From Eutreptiella sp. 'Long Island Sound 2002' (taxonomy: Eukaryota; Protista; Euglenida): 64,000 nucleotides of DNA. The position numbers were made by a program, and so were the translations under genes. The stretch is from positions 13,454,001-13,518,000 of the forward strand of contig OZ038379.1 of the NCBI GenBank assembly GCA_964036045.1, read 5' to 3'. Every line of letters starts with the position of its first letter. The first letter of the stretch is position 1. Below, piece after piece: positions 36,571-49,220 of the stretch. The notes beneath the pieces were generated by a model. The model saw only the letters and a program-made list of their open reading frames with translations, had not been told where the DNA came from and searched no databases.

Positions 36571-37248
36571 ATGGCCAAAAGCAGTCGCTCCACAGCTTTG
36601 GCTGCCGGCGTCGTCGCCGTCGCCGGGGTCGCCGTCTGCTACTGGGTGGCGGTGAAGTTGCGCCGCCGCCGGTGCCTGCAGGCTGCCCTCGACACGATCG
36701 ACGCGGCCCACAGCTGCGACCCCGCGAAGGACGCGGCCACCGGGCAGCCCGCGGAGCTGGTGTACGCCGCGTCGATGACGCGGTGGATGCGGCGGCTGAC
36801 GCCGCGCCCCTCCGAGGCCCTCCAGATCGCCTGCCGGGCGCAGCACCTGGAGCGGTGGCTGCACCCCCGCGACGCCTTCCCCAAGAACCGCGAGGGGTAC
36901 TTCCAGTGGCGCACGGAGGCGAAGAAGGCGCACACCGCGCGCGCGGCGCAGATCCTGCGGGACGCCGGGCTCGCGGACCTGACCGAGCGGGTGGCGTACA
37001 TCATGATGAAGAAGGGCCTGGGCGAGGACGCGGACTCGCAGGCGATGGAGGACGCGGCCTGCCTCGTGTTTCTGGAGGACCACGCCCAGCGGTTCGTGAG
37101 CAGCTACGAGGGGGGGCTGGAGAAGCTCGTGGGCATCTTCAAGAAGACGTGGGTCAAGATGAGCGAGGAGGGGCGGAGGCTGGCGCTGACGTTGGACTTG
37201 GCGCCGGACGTGGCGGCGGTTGTGGCCGATGCGCTGCGCAATGCGTGA
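36571..37248 (+). CDS. DUF4202 family protein with N-terminal transmembrane anchor
   Basis: Intronless, GC3-rich 225-aa ORF. Motifs ELVYAASMTRW, ALQIACRAQHLERW..PR..FP..REGYFQWR, EDAACLVFLE and KTWVKMS are typical of DUF4202. N-terminus carries hydrophobic ALAAGVVAVAGVAVCYWVAV followed by KLRRRR. Confidence 0.85.
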   Translation: MAKSSRSTALAAGVVAVAGVAVCYWVAVKLRRRRCLQAALDTIDAAHSCDPAKDAATGQPAELVYAASMTRWMRRLTPRPSEALQIACRAQHLERWLHPRDAFPKNREGYFQWRTEAKKAHTARAAQILRDAGLADLTERVAYIMMKKGLGEDADSQAMEDAACLVFLEDHAQRFVSSYEGGLEKLVGIFKKTWVKMSEEGRRLALTLDLAPDVAAVVADALRNA

Positions 37249-37833
37249 GCCGGGGCCGTGCGCCTGGGCCCTTCAGCACGACCTGGAGTTCTGTTGCCTG
37301 GGGAGCACCCGACGTCGGTTGGCGGTGGGAGGGTGGCAGAGGGGCCGTCAGCGGGGGTCCGGCGGTGGGTGGCGGTTAGTGGACTGACGGCGGTCAATCA
37401 TCCGTCGCAGTCCAGTTCAAGCTCCGACGAGGCCCTGGAGGAATGATACTTGGCCGTCTCGTTTGCCCCTTGCGATAGCCGAAGGTTTTCAGTGGCAGAG
37501 TTGCGATCCGTTGATTGACGGTAGTTCACTGGGAAGTGATATCAACAGTTACTGTTGGGTTCTGCAGACTGGACCATGACCAGCGCACTCCTCCGCGGTA
37601 GGGCTCTAGTTGAATGCAGGGCATTTAGCGGTTACCTTTGCGCACGCGTGCGCGCGCGCGCGTGTGTGTTTGTGTGTGTGTCGTGTCAGGGACAGGTTTC
37701 TTTGCTTTCCGCCGGCACTGAACATGTCTCCATCACCCGCTTCTTCATCAGACCGAAAGTCGTCTAGGACAGCTCTCCTGTTCTTGAGGAGTTTCTTTGA
37801 ACCGCTTTTCTTGCTTCTTTCTTGTGATTCCCA

Positions 37834-38029
<196 letters not shown>

Positions 38030-38870
38030 CCGCGTTTTACGACAGACCGAAAGACGTCTAGGACGACGTCTAGGACAGCTCTGCTGTCCCTGAGGAGTTT
38101 TCTTTCACCGCTTTTCTTGCTTTGGTCTTGTTTTCGCGGTTCTCATTGTGTGTATGTGCGGTTGGGGGGGTAGCACCAGGCACTGCAGGCAGGACACGGG
38201 CACCGCGATGGATGGTCCGCAATGTTTGGGGTTTGGGCGGGAGTGCACGCTTGCCTGTCCATCTAATAATAGTCAGTACCCTCCTTCCCCCTTGCGCAAG
38301 CACGGGCTTGTCCAAGCACAGAGTGATTGAGGGCATAGGTCTGTCGGTGGGGACCTATTGCTGAACTTTCCACTGTTCTATGGCCAAGCACAGAGTGGGC
38401 GTTGAATCGCTGTTTTCAGGATTTTTTGGGACCGCTGTTTTTTGTGGTGCAAGCCCGGGCTTGTCTGAGCGCGGGGTAAGCGTTGAACCGCTGTTTTGCC
38501 TGGACTTTTGGGACCGTGGCCGTGCTTGCGCAAGGGGGGCGGGGCAGGGTACACTTGCACACCCCTTCAAATCTATCATACAAAGAAAGAAGTCAAGGGC
38601 TGCTCTGCGGGTCCTGAGGAGTTCTCTCTTGTTTTGCTTTTGTTTGCGTTTCTTGCGGTTCTCATCCTGTGTGTGTCTGTGTGTGTTGGTGTGTTGTACA
38701 GGTACAGACCATGTGCTCCCCCCCCCCCCCCCCACCTCCCACGGCCCTGGGCGTGCATGAGCCTGTCTGTGTTCACAGCCACCGTGTGTATGGGGTTGGC
38801 ACTAAAGCGATGCTCTTGGTTGGCCAATGAGGCCCAGGATTCTGGGAGTTTTTGTTTTTGTGAAAAAAAG

Positions 38871-38936
38871 GACAGCCCTGAGTGCAGGCTCCAGTGATTT
38901 CGGGACAGCCCCAAGTGCAGGCTCCAGTGATTTCGG
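38871..38936. repeat. 33-bp tandem duplication
   Basis: GACAGCCCYRAGTGCAGGCTCCAGTGATTTCGG x2. Confidence 0.9.
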
Positions 38937-40170
38937 GCGTGACCACGATGTTGGGCGGGTTTTCTTTCTTTCAAAGGGGATTTGAGTAGGACAGAGGGGG
39001 GATGAGGTGTGTTGCGACCCTCTTCAGAATGTTTCCCCCCTGAGTTCACAGCTGTTACTAGATCTTCAGCCAAATCCAGAGCAGTCGTGATTTGTTCCAC
39101 TGCTAAGGGTTGTGCAGCACATGCAAGGCATGCCCCCCCCCCCCCCCGAAGCGGGGCCCGATTTCCCCGATGCACCCCGATTTGTTTGCCCGGTTCAGTG
39201 GGTTGCAGGATTGAACACCAGAAAAAGGCATTTTATGTGTGGGAATTCTTCGGCTGACAGATAGGACACCTCAGTGTCACAGCTGTCTGGCCATCTGTGC
39301 ATTTGTTTTGCTTGTTAGCAGATCCGCAGTGATTTCTGATGGCACAGTGTGCTGTTTGTTTGAGCAAGGGGTCCAATTTGACAGTAGTCACAGACCTTGG
39401 CGGATCTCAGCAAGCCCTATTTGCAGAACAACACCCTCCCCTTTCAACGGACGACAAATTGTGTACACTGTGTGTGCGTTACCTCAAACCGTCCCCTTTC
39501 TTTGCGAAAACATCCCCAAGAATAACGGTCACCCGCCCCAGGGTTTACTTGGGTGTGGGAGGAGGGGGGTTTGGGTCCCAAAAGGGGCAATCCCGGGGGG
39601 GACCGTGGTGGCAGCACTGGACCCACACACAGCTGTGGGAGCTGCAGAAGTGGGCCCGTGCAGGGAATTCCCTCGAGGACCTAGTCCGCCGGCCCCGTAG
39701 GGACACAACGGAGAACTGCCGGCTCCGGCCAGATCTGAGAGGGGATGGATGCCACAGGATGCATGGGAAGCCATGCTGGCCGATGCGCTGCATCCCCAGG
39801 GAGTACACCCCCGCCAGCTCCCTGCACCCGAGGACCACCCACATGTCCTCAATCGCTTGCGGCAGACCCTCCAAGGGGTCCAGGAAGGGCAATTTGGGGG
39901 GAGGCTGGGGCATGATCCTGACCTCATGCCAGACCTACTGTTGGGCTGAAAGGGGGGGGGGGGTGCATGCCCCCAAGGCCATGCATTGGTTAACCACAGG
40001 CTCCCCTACTTCAACCCCAAACCATCACCCTAAACTTAACTGTAACTTTGGCAGCTAGTTGGTTCGACCACGCCAGCCATGTTGGTTAGGCTGAACAAGG
40101 CCTTCAAATGTTTGTTCCTGGCTGCCTTTTTGCCACATCATCGCTCTCCACTTTGACCCCAACACTACTT

Positions 40171-40211
40171 CTAACCCTAGCCGTATTCGTACCTTAGGGT
40201 TAGGGTTAGGG
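40171..40211. repeat. Short interstitial telomere-like repeats
   Basis: CTAACCCTA, then a 14-bp spacer, then (TTAGGG)3. Confidence 0.6.
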
Positions 40212-42886
40212 TAGAGGAGAGACACGGTGTGAGAAAGAGAGGGAGAGGGGGGAGGGAGAGTGGGGGGTGTGAGGGAAAGAGAGACAGGGGGAGATGGGGG
40301 GGGGGAGAGAGAAGCACCCCATCCACTCTTTGGCCCCCCAGCTCAGCGCCACTGGCAGCTAGTTGTCCCCAAGGCAAGGCAGTTTCAGCCAAGGGCCCAA
40401 GAGAACATTTATTGGGTTGGTGCAGCTGGGCACCAACTGCACCTCCACTCTTTCATCTGCGTTGACCTCTTGTCAACGTGGTTTTGTTGTCAAGACTGCA
40501 GAGGCCATGTTTATGAGCTGGTTGCAGTGAGGAAAACAGAAGTGGCCAGTGCATCTGAATCGCTGGGCCTGCATTCGTCTAGTGGCACTGGACACTGGGC
40601 TTGCTGTTTCAGTTTCGGCCTGAGAAATCTCCAGGCATTTGTCACGAGAACATGTACCCATTGTGAATGCCTCAGCATAGCTGTGCTTGGGGCTTGCAAT
40701 TTAAAATCTTTGAATAGCACATTGTAGCACAGTTTTGCTGCATGAGTACCTCACATACGTTTTGTGTGGCTGCGCATGCAGTCTGCAGAAGACACGCAAA
40801 AACAGGTCCGAAATTGACCCCTGATGCAGCCTCACCACCGTCTCCCGAAGCTCTAAGTCTTGTTTTTCCATGTCTTCATGTCCAAATGGGAGAGGGGGGG
40901 GGGGTGGCCAGTCTGGCGCTGTTACGCTGTGGGCGGTCCACAGAGCCCTGACACGCATTGTTGCACGAACCCCATATGCAGTGAGCCCCAGCTGCTTTTC
41001 TGATGCCACACCTGCCTGCCCACAAGGCCCGTGTGGTTACTTTGGAATGTGCCTGGCTTACACTTTACGCTTCATGGGATGGGCAGCAATGTTCTTCTTT
41101 CCACGTCACACACGCTGATCCCCAGATTGAATGGTGCGGCAATTGGAGTGATGATTGGAGGGTGCTGCAGCGGGTTGCCAGCCTCCCTCCAACAGGGAAG
41201 TGTGGGAGGGAGGGCCTCGCTGGTTCTTGCTTCATAATGCTGTTTGTCTTTCTTGTACTTGTCTTCTGCATTGTTGCGATGACATTTGAAATGATGATGT
41301 TGCCATCTATCCTGCGCATTAAGGTCACTCTTCCCTGTCTCCCACAGACCTTTTTGCGACAGGCGCCGAGGACTGCTTGCGGCTCTTGACAAGCTTTTCT
41401 TTCACTCTTGTGATCTGCATGTGCTGCATGTTGTGCTGCATGTTGTGCTGACGTCGTCTCAACCAACACCACACACATGACAGCTCACACGTCACCATAA
41501 GGGGGGGGGGGGTCCAAAGCTGTCCGAATAAGGGGCGAGGCGGGGGAAATAGGCTCGAAGGGCCAAGCTGCACGATTTCGCATAATGATGCGTTCCTGCA
41601 AGGGTTGGCTGAGGGCGAAGACATGATACTGTACAGGGACCCTTGAACGGGCTGGTTGGAGCCAACAAGCATCCAGAAGCCTCCAAGAAATGACTGCAAC
41701 CTGAATGGGTGTCTTTTTGTAAAGGACACTACAAAGGACACACCGCAAAGACAATGATTCTTCAAGCAGGGCATACTGAGCACTTGCAGACCATTGTTTA
41801 TCTTCATTGGACTGATCCATCGTTTGGGTGTTAGAGGAGAGGGCTTGGTGCATGGGTTATTGGGGGTATGGGTATGGGTATGGGTGTGGTGGGAATGGGG
41901 TATCGGTTTGCACGTCCCATCATGTGTTGCGTGCCGGGATGTCCACCATTTTTGTTCCTCTCCCTTTCCATTGGTATACCGTATGAGAACTTCTAGAACG
42001 ACGAGCATCCGCAAATCTTCGCCATTCACCACACCCGCACCATTTCCAAGCACAACCACATGTTCATGTCTCTTTTCGAGGAAAATGGATGTATGAAGAA
42101 TCACCATTTTTATGCATTGGGATCAGGTGAATAACAGTCAACATTGGGGAAATACGGTTTTCTCCGTTTGCAGGATGAACAAGGATGAACGGCTACCTTC
42201 CAAACCCTTTGTAGAAGTAGCGGCAAGCAGCCAAAAGCCACCCACAACCATTAGGAGGCCTTCGAAAACAAAGTAGAAGTGCATTAGAAAGGGGCAGCCC
42301 CCTCACCCAACGAGGGGGTAGGTGCTTTGAAACGGTAGATGCGGTACTTTCCTCGGGGCGTGTGGGGGGGGGGACAATGTGCACTTAATGTATGATGATT
42401 GGAATGCTCATGTAGAGTCACCTTGGTGGGCCTAGACCCGAGAGCCCCAAAAAGCCCCCCCCCCCCCTTGGAGTTGCAATGGATCCCAGGCGTAGGAGTA
42501 AGTGAATGTGAAGCACGGGAGAGGAGGGAGCCAAGGGGTAGAACAGGTGCTTGTGAGCAGAGGTACACTCAACCCAGTCTACCTTTTCTTAGTGGCTTAG
42601 GGCCATCAATGTAGACAATTTCCTCCTGAAAACTCAAACCGGTGCATACACCAAGAAGTGCAAACTTGCACATTTTACTCCGCCCTTATGGCAAATCCTC
42701 TCTTGTCATCTCCACTTGTGCTCAGTCACATTGCAAAATAGACACCCTTTGGGAGTGCTTGTGCATTTTTTTCTATTGAAAACATCCCATGGAGGATGGC
42801 AACACTCTCCCTTGTGCCTTAAAAGTTGCCTATGTGGTTTGTGGGCTGTGGTTGCACTCTCTGTGTTGTCCAATATATATTATGTA

Positions 42887-43429
42887 CCCCGCCCCCCCCT
42901 TGTATAAGCTACGCCAATGTACGGAATTATTACGGTCCCTACGCCTACTGTAGCTTGGACACGGGCGTAGCTTACGCGCAATAAATACAACTACCGACAC
43001 ACACGTGCGCGCGCGCATGGTATGAGTGCCCCTTGACCTCCGCCCACATTTCCAAGTGCATGTAAACACAAGAAGGCCTTGGGAACATGAAAATTTCAGG
43101 TTTACACAAATGTTGGCACAAGCAATGAGGAATGCGTAGTTGATGATCTCCACTTTTTCGTGCGCACTTCGAAAACGACGAAGGGGGGCAGAAAGGGGAA
43201 TATAAAGCACAAATATTCCCAAAATCAGAGCCACGTGGGTTGAAGTGGGTGAAGGCTTACAACAAATGTGTCCATGGCTCCATCTAATTGGCAAATCTGT
43301 CACCAAACCCATGTCTTTTGTGGCCGCACTACATACCGTACGCAATTAAAATTACGCACACAATTATTACAGTCCCTACGCCTACTGTAGCTTGGACACG
43401 GGCGCAGCTTATACAAGGGGGGGGCGGGG
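42887..43429. mobile_element. TA-flanked MITE, 543 bp
   Basis: TA|CCCCGCCCCCCCCTTGTATAAGCTRCGCC ... GGCGCAGCTTATACAAGGGGGGGGCGGGG|TA. Confidence 0.85.
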
Positions 43430-45896
43430 TACCACCACCACCCCTTGCAATCCCCCACCCCTTGCAATCCCCCCCCCCCCCCCCGGGAGACCGTCACTTC
43501 CATGTTTTTCTAGTTAACATCTATTGCGCTGGTTTGTGTTGCCCATCTACTTTACACACTTACTTGCCACATTCGGTGCAGTCCTTTACCATTCCTTTGG
43601 ATCCCCGATAACATTTGTGTTGGATGAATCACATTGGCACCGCATCAACGTCAAAGTCGCTTCACATGTGTTCGGGAGACCGTCGCACGATAATGAGGGA
43701 GATTGCAAGGGGGGTGGGGGGTATGCATACGGGCATGCAAGTGCCCCCCACACCACACTTGCATCCCGGTATATGGCGAAGTACAGATCAATGAACAATT
43801 TGGGCAGGATCTTCAACCAATTCCAATGCCTCCAGCAAGTCCACGTTGCAGAGAATTTGCCCCAGGCAATGACCCCCCCCCCCCCCCCCAAAGTGGCTGA
43901 TTATGCAACATTCCATCACATCCATAAGCCTCATCCAACATTTCAAGCCAAAACTCATTTTAATACCAAAACCGACATCAAAACGGGTATGGGCGTTTTT
44001 TGAATTGGGTTCGGCTTTAGTATGGACGATTTAGGAATGACCCATCATTATCATCCATCGGTATGTCCATCTCTAGTCAAGATTTACAACTAGGACCCAG
44101 CTGGGTCCTAGTCTTGCTTAACGCACAGGAAATCGGCATGCAAGAAAAGCGGCTTGATTTGAAGATGGTCCTGCACGTTGAGGACAATCGTCCTGAAAAG
44201 GGGCTCAAAAACGGCTCATTTTTACCTCAAAATGGACCACCACATCGCACCACGGTGTGGGAGACGCCTTATTGAACACCCATTTGCAATCATTTAATAG
44301 TCCAATCGCTATGGAAGAAGAACGGCCCTCATTGTAGACGCCTACATGACGCACCGGATCGCCCTGAACTTTCAGGACGATCATCCTGAAAACGACCTAA
44401 AAATGGCCATTTTTGGACACTAATCGGCCGTAAAACAGGCTAGAAAGCCTGAAATAGCACAAAATTTGTTGCGGGTGATGCACATTTGCTCCGCGGTCGT
44501 TTTAAGCTTCTTGCATGTTGGTTTTGAGCCACGGTGTCCCTGAAAAGATTTTTTAATCATCTGCTTGCTGCTATTGCTGTTGCTTGCTGCTGCTGCTGCT
44601 GGTGCTGCTGCTAAAAAGTGTTGCTCACCCTGGGCCCTAAGAAGGGTTGTAAAACCTCGCCGGGGTAAACTCGGTGATCAAGGTCATGATATTAGGTCCC
44701 CAAGGCAACACTCATTTTTGCAACAAATCAACTTTAGAACTGGTGCGTTCTAGACTATTGCAAATGTAGGCATATAGCTAGTTTTTGAAATTGCTTCAGA
44801 TTTAGCATCTCCAAGGTACCATCATCATCCATCATCCCACCCCAAATCTGGGTCATGGGTCTGGATTCTCAAGGCAACACTCACTTTGACACCAAACTAG
44901 CTGTCAAAATAGCTTCAATGGGTCTTGTTACAAACAGTCTCTTACAAGTGGGTTTTCGAACTCAATGGTGAGCATCTCTTGTGTCGGGATCATCCATCAT
45001 CTTCTTCATCCATCATCAAATCCCCAATCAGGGTCTTCAAAGCATGTTATGTTGTGTGTAAGGGTGTACTAGTCAAGTTGGAATATCCTTTTGGTGAATT
45101 ACCCCTGTGGCACTCCACACTCTTTCTGAATAACCTCTGTAACACATGTTTTTTGCCAACGCCAATCAGGCAAGGTATCCTGAAAGCTAGTCATCTATAC
45201 AATCACTAGTAGGAAATCAACTCACAGTTGGCCAAACTTCTACCGCCGTCTTGGTTGCCATTGTACCTGCAAGCAATGAGTGCTTAGCTGGGCAGTCGTA
45301 TCCGATACTGTTCTCCACCTAGCATGTGCATAGACACATAATTGCATATCCAAAGAGCGCAAGGCACAACTACAAGGGACAAACCTGCAAAAGTTCACCG
45401 CTTGGCCCTACGAGCCTATTTTCTATACCCCCCCCCCCTTTATTCAGACAGGCTTGGAGCCCCCCTCCGGAGTTGCAATCGACCGCCAACCCAGCCATCT
45501 GGCAACAAAGTGGTCAAACTCGGGCTTCTAGGGTGCGCTAGTTACACACCGGGTGGCCCAATGGGCCCTTTGTGCCGCCAAGAGGACAGCCCTTGGGGTT
45601 GTGTTCAAGCTGTGCACTATGGGGAAGTGCATCCAACGGCCCGATTTCCCTTGAATCCTCCACTCGCCAAAGCACACTACCATAAAACAATGCACACGTG
45701 CATAAAAGGCGCAATTGTGTAGTGCATGGAGAATGTTTCTGATGGCAATTGTGTAGTGCATGGAAGAACAGTGGCGATGTGGGTGAGGTGGATCCGGAAT
45801 TAGTAGGACAAGGCCTTGGTGAGGTGAGGGGGGGGTCCTGTGGCCCGGTCGTTGAGAAACCGCTTGATCACCGGGGATTTGAAGCACAATTATATA

Positions 45897-46641
45897 CCTT
45901 CCCCCCCTCCCCCCCGTGTCCATCCCCCCCCCCCCCCCTGTGTCCACCCCCCCCGGGGGGGGGGACCGTCACCGGCTGGTTCCAAAAAAAAACGCAACAG
46001 TGTCACACTGCACAGGATCGGATAATCACGAGAGCTCATTGTTAGAGCTTATGCGTACCTCCTTTGTGCTAACCCATTGCACTCCTGAGACCTCTCAACA
46101 TGTTCCCTGAAGGCACTATTGTGCGCTATGTTCGTTTCACAAAGAAGCCTGTGCTGGCTGTTGTGCAAGGCCCTTCTCCTCATGGTGATTAGTACAGAAC
46201 CATAACGTACAAACGCGGTGCCACAGAAGTTGTGCATGACCGCGCATTTGACAGCCTGCTGCAGCCTGTTCATCCATCCTTGTGGTTGATGGGCAGCATG
46301 TGCAGCTGTTCAAGACTATGTGGGACTGCAAAAAGAAGTTTTACACTGTCCCTGTTCAGCAGTAGGGGCATGCAGCAAACTGATGGACTGATGCATTGTA
46401 TTGAGAAATTTGCTTGTTTGCATCATTTGCATGGCACCATTCGAGGTCTGTATGTCAGTGTGTATTTCAGAGCCTTGGGCGACGTACAGCAAGCAACAGA
46501 TTGGTCATAAATTCTGCGTAGTATGCGGCGGTAATTTGTTCGTTGGCGATGGTGTCTATCCCCCCCGGGGGGGGGGGGGGGTTACTTGGCAACGGTTCCC
46601 CCCGGGGTGGGGGGGGGGGGATGGACAGGGGGTGGGGGAGG
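45897..46641. mobile_element. TA-flanked MITE with G/C-run TIRs, about 745 bp
   Basis: TA|CCT..CCC..GTCCATCCCC..CCGGGG..ACCGT left arm, with its reverse complement at 46585-46641|TA. Confidence 0.65.
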
Positions 46642-46739
46642 TACAATGGTTAACCTCCAATCGTGGGGTTGATGACAGCAAAGGACGGGGTGTGCAAGAG
46701 GTGCTTTCTGCGTCACAGGGTGATGGGGTGGTTACGTCG

Positions 46740-47345
46740 GGCAAGGTGAGAGTCAAACCGAAGAACACCCAGAAATGCCCCTTTATACTAAACTGCTCCC
46801 GTTTGAACGATTCGGATGGAAGAAAACCCATGGGTTTCCGCCTCCCACAGATTGAACACCTGAGGGAGGCGGCAAACTTGGATATCTCCAATTGTTTTTG
46901 GAGTATTCGTCGTCCATGGGATTGGGGAGGGGGTGTTTTCTGTGACTATGGATGGTCAGAGGTTTATTGAAAGTCCCTCCCCTTTGGTTGGAAATACGGT
47001 CCTGTGGTTTGCCAAAAGTTGGTATTCGGTTTGAGTGATGGGGCTCTTTGGGACATTCCTGTCCTTTACTTCGTATATATGGATGATATATGTTTGGTGG
47101 ACCCCAGGCGTTTTTTGAAGCCGGCTGTGCGTAAACTCCGTAGAAGGGATCTTGTTTCCCGGTTAGCCCCAAATGTGTCTTGGAACCCTCTTCCTCCCCG
47201 GGCAACAGACAGGGGTTGTTGACTGGCCTTTTGATTTTGTGGTTCCACTTGGTGCTGGGAAACCTCTCTAGAAAGGGCATGGAACGCTTGGTAGGTTGGA
47301 GCGGGCATTGAGACCTTCTGCAGGGGAGGGTGCGTTCCAAGCGGG
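46740..47345 (+). pseudogene. Second, divergent YR-retrotransposon RT relic
   Basis: KPKNTQKCPFILNC, NLDISNCFWSI, *KSLPFGWKYGPVVCQ, YFVYMDDICL and LERALRPSAGEGAFQAG are collinear with the RT at 1450-4536; stops and frameshifts present. Confidence 0.8.
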
Positions 47346-47504
47346 AGGTATCAATGGAAGCATTCCGATAGCCCCTGGGTGAACGGAGGTGTGATTCGTC
47401 CCATCTTGATTGTTGTGTGTTTTGCCTTTATTCCACAGTGCTTCCGTAATTGCCCCAAGGTCCAGTTGCTGCCTCCAGACAGCCCTTAAGGTCAGCCCCC
47501 AGGC

Positions 47505-47660
47505 ACCGCCAACTGCCAACCGCCAGCCGCCAACCGCCACCTACCACCAATCACCCACCGCTTTCAACAGCCACCAACCACCAATCACCCACCACCAACC
47601 ACTGCCAACTGCCACCAACCGCCAACCGCTACCAACCGCCACCAACCACCAACTGCCAAT
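47505..47660. repeat. (CCAACCG/CCACCAA)n degenerate satellite; related tracts at about 48835-48875, 26865-26935(-) and 37315-37395(-)
   Basis: Direct reading. Confidence 0.8.
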
Positions 47661-47873
47661 AGTTTGGGAGTCGACGCGGTGCATCGACGAACACCTTATA
47701 ATCCCACCATGCTGAAGAAAAAACAAAAAATCTGGCTTCTTGAGGACAGCCCCAACACACAAGGTGTTTCTGAAATATAATTCAGCCTGCCGAGAAAGCG
47801 GCCATGATTGTAAATATGCCCTATTTTAATGGCCAGTGTGCGTTGAGGGCGAGAGAATTTCGAATCCTGTCTC

Positions 47874-48776
47874 GCTCTTGCGTGCGTTTCGGTCGCCCAC
47901 CTAGGTAGCTTGGGTAACCGCCCACCCCATTTTTTGTTTGCAGCATGACGACCTCTCAACCTGGCTGAGCCCGTCTTGCATAGGTTGGCTGACTCAGGGC
48001 CCCTTGACTCTGCCAGTTTGCCTGTTTTGGGAGCTTCTGAGGCCATGTCGCCTGAAATAGCCACACGCAGTGTTGGTCTAGCGGGCTCAGTTTCAGTCCC
48101 CGAGGACCTTTAGGACATCTGGGGAGACCCAGATTTTATTCGGGCGGGCACAACGGCCCCTGTGGAGCCAGTGGAGCCAGTGCCCGAAGGCGAAAATCAT
48201 GTTAGACAAACTGTGTGAGTATGGGCCACCGCAGGAGGTATGCGGTCCTGTGGTTTGCCAAAAGTTGGTATTTGGTTTGAGTGATGGGGCTCTTTGGGAC
48301 ATTCCTGTCCTTTACTTCGTATATATGGATGATATATGTTTGGTCTGCCCCAGGCGTTTTTTGAAGCGGGCTGTGCGTAAGCTCCGTAGAAGGGATCTTG
48401 TTTCCCTTGGAGGGCCTGCGGTGGCCCATACTCACACAGTTTGTCTAACATGATTTTCGCCTTCGGGCACTGGCTCCACAGGCTCCACAGGGGCCGTTGT
48501 GCCCGCCCGAATAAAATCTGGGTCTGCCCAGATGTCCCAAAGGTCCTCGGGGACTGAAACTGAGCCCGCTAGACCAACACTGCGTGTGGCTATTTCAGGC
48601 GACATGGCCTCAGAAGCTCCCAAAACAGGCGAACTGGCAGAGTCAAGGGGCCCTGAGTCAGCCAACCTATGCAAGACGGGCTCAGCCAGGTTGAGAGGTC
48701 GTCGTACTGCAAACAAAAAATGGGGTGGGCGGTTACCCAAGCTACCTAGGTGGGCGACCGAAACGCACGCAAGAGC
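47874..48776. repeat. Long inverted repeat: 362-bp arms (47874-48235 and 48415-48776) around a 179-bp loop
   Basis: The arms are reverse complements with about 6 mismatches by eye. Loop positions 48241-48406 copy 46995-47160. Confidence 0.95.
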
Positions 48777-49220
48777 CAGGACTGCGGTGTCGTACCTTGT
48801 GGTGATGCACCAAGACATAAAGACCAGCATGTCAACCGCCAACCGCTATCAACCACCAACCGCCAACCGCCAACCTTTGAAGTAGGGAAGGTCCCATGAC
48901 AACGAAGCAGAGAGCGTCTCCTTGGGCGTTCGTTTCTGTTGGCGTTACACAGTTTTTTTCCCCCTTAAGGACAGCCCTGCTTGACACCCACAGGCAAGTG
49001 TCAACTTTAACACCAGCCGACAGGCGTGGTGCCCATGAGGTGCCTATGCAGGGGATAGATCCAATGATGTCAGTGTACCTGGCCCCTCGTCATTGGACTA
49101 GAATCTTCGTGGGCATAGCCTGTCATTTATTAGAAGCAACAACAAGCAGTGGTTGTGGCGGCAGCGGCGGCAGCAACAGCAGTAGTTACACGCAGTGCCC
49201 TTTACAGGATTTTTACAAAG

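Noticed and set aside
36282-37379. 365-aa and antisense ORFs overlapping DUF4202
   Set aside because: Shadow frames of a GC-rich gene.
46560-46625. G-quadruplex system from the many long G/C runs
   Set aside because: The runs are parts of MITE termini throughout the window and their lengths are unreliable in long-read assemblies; no specific pattern.
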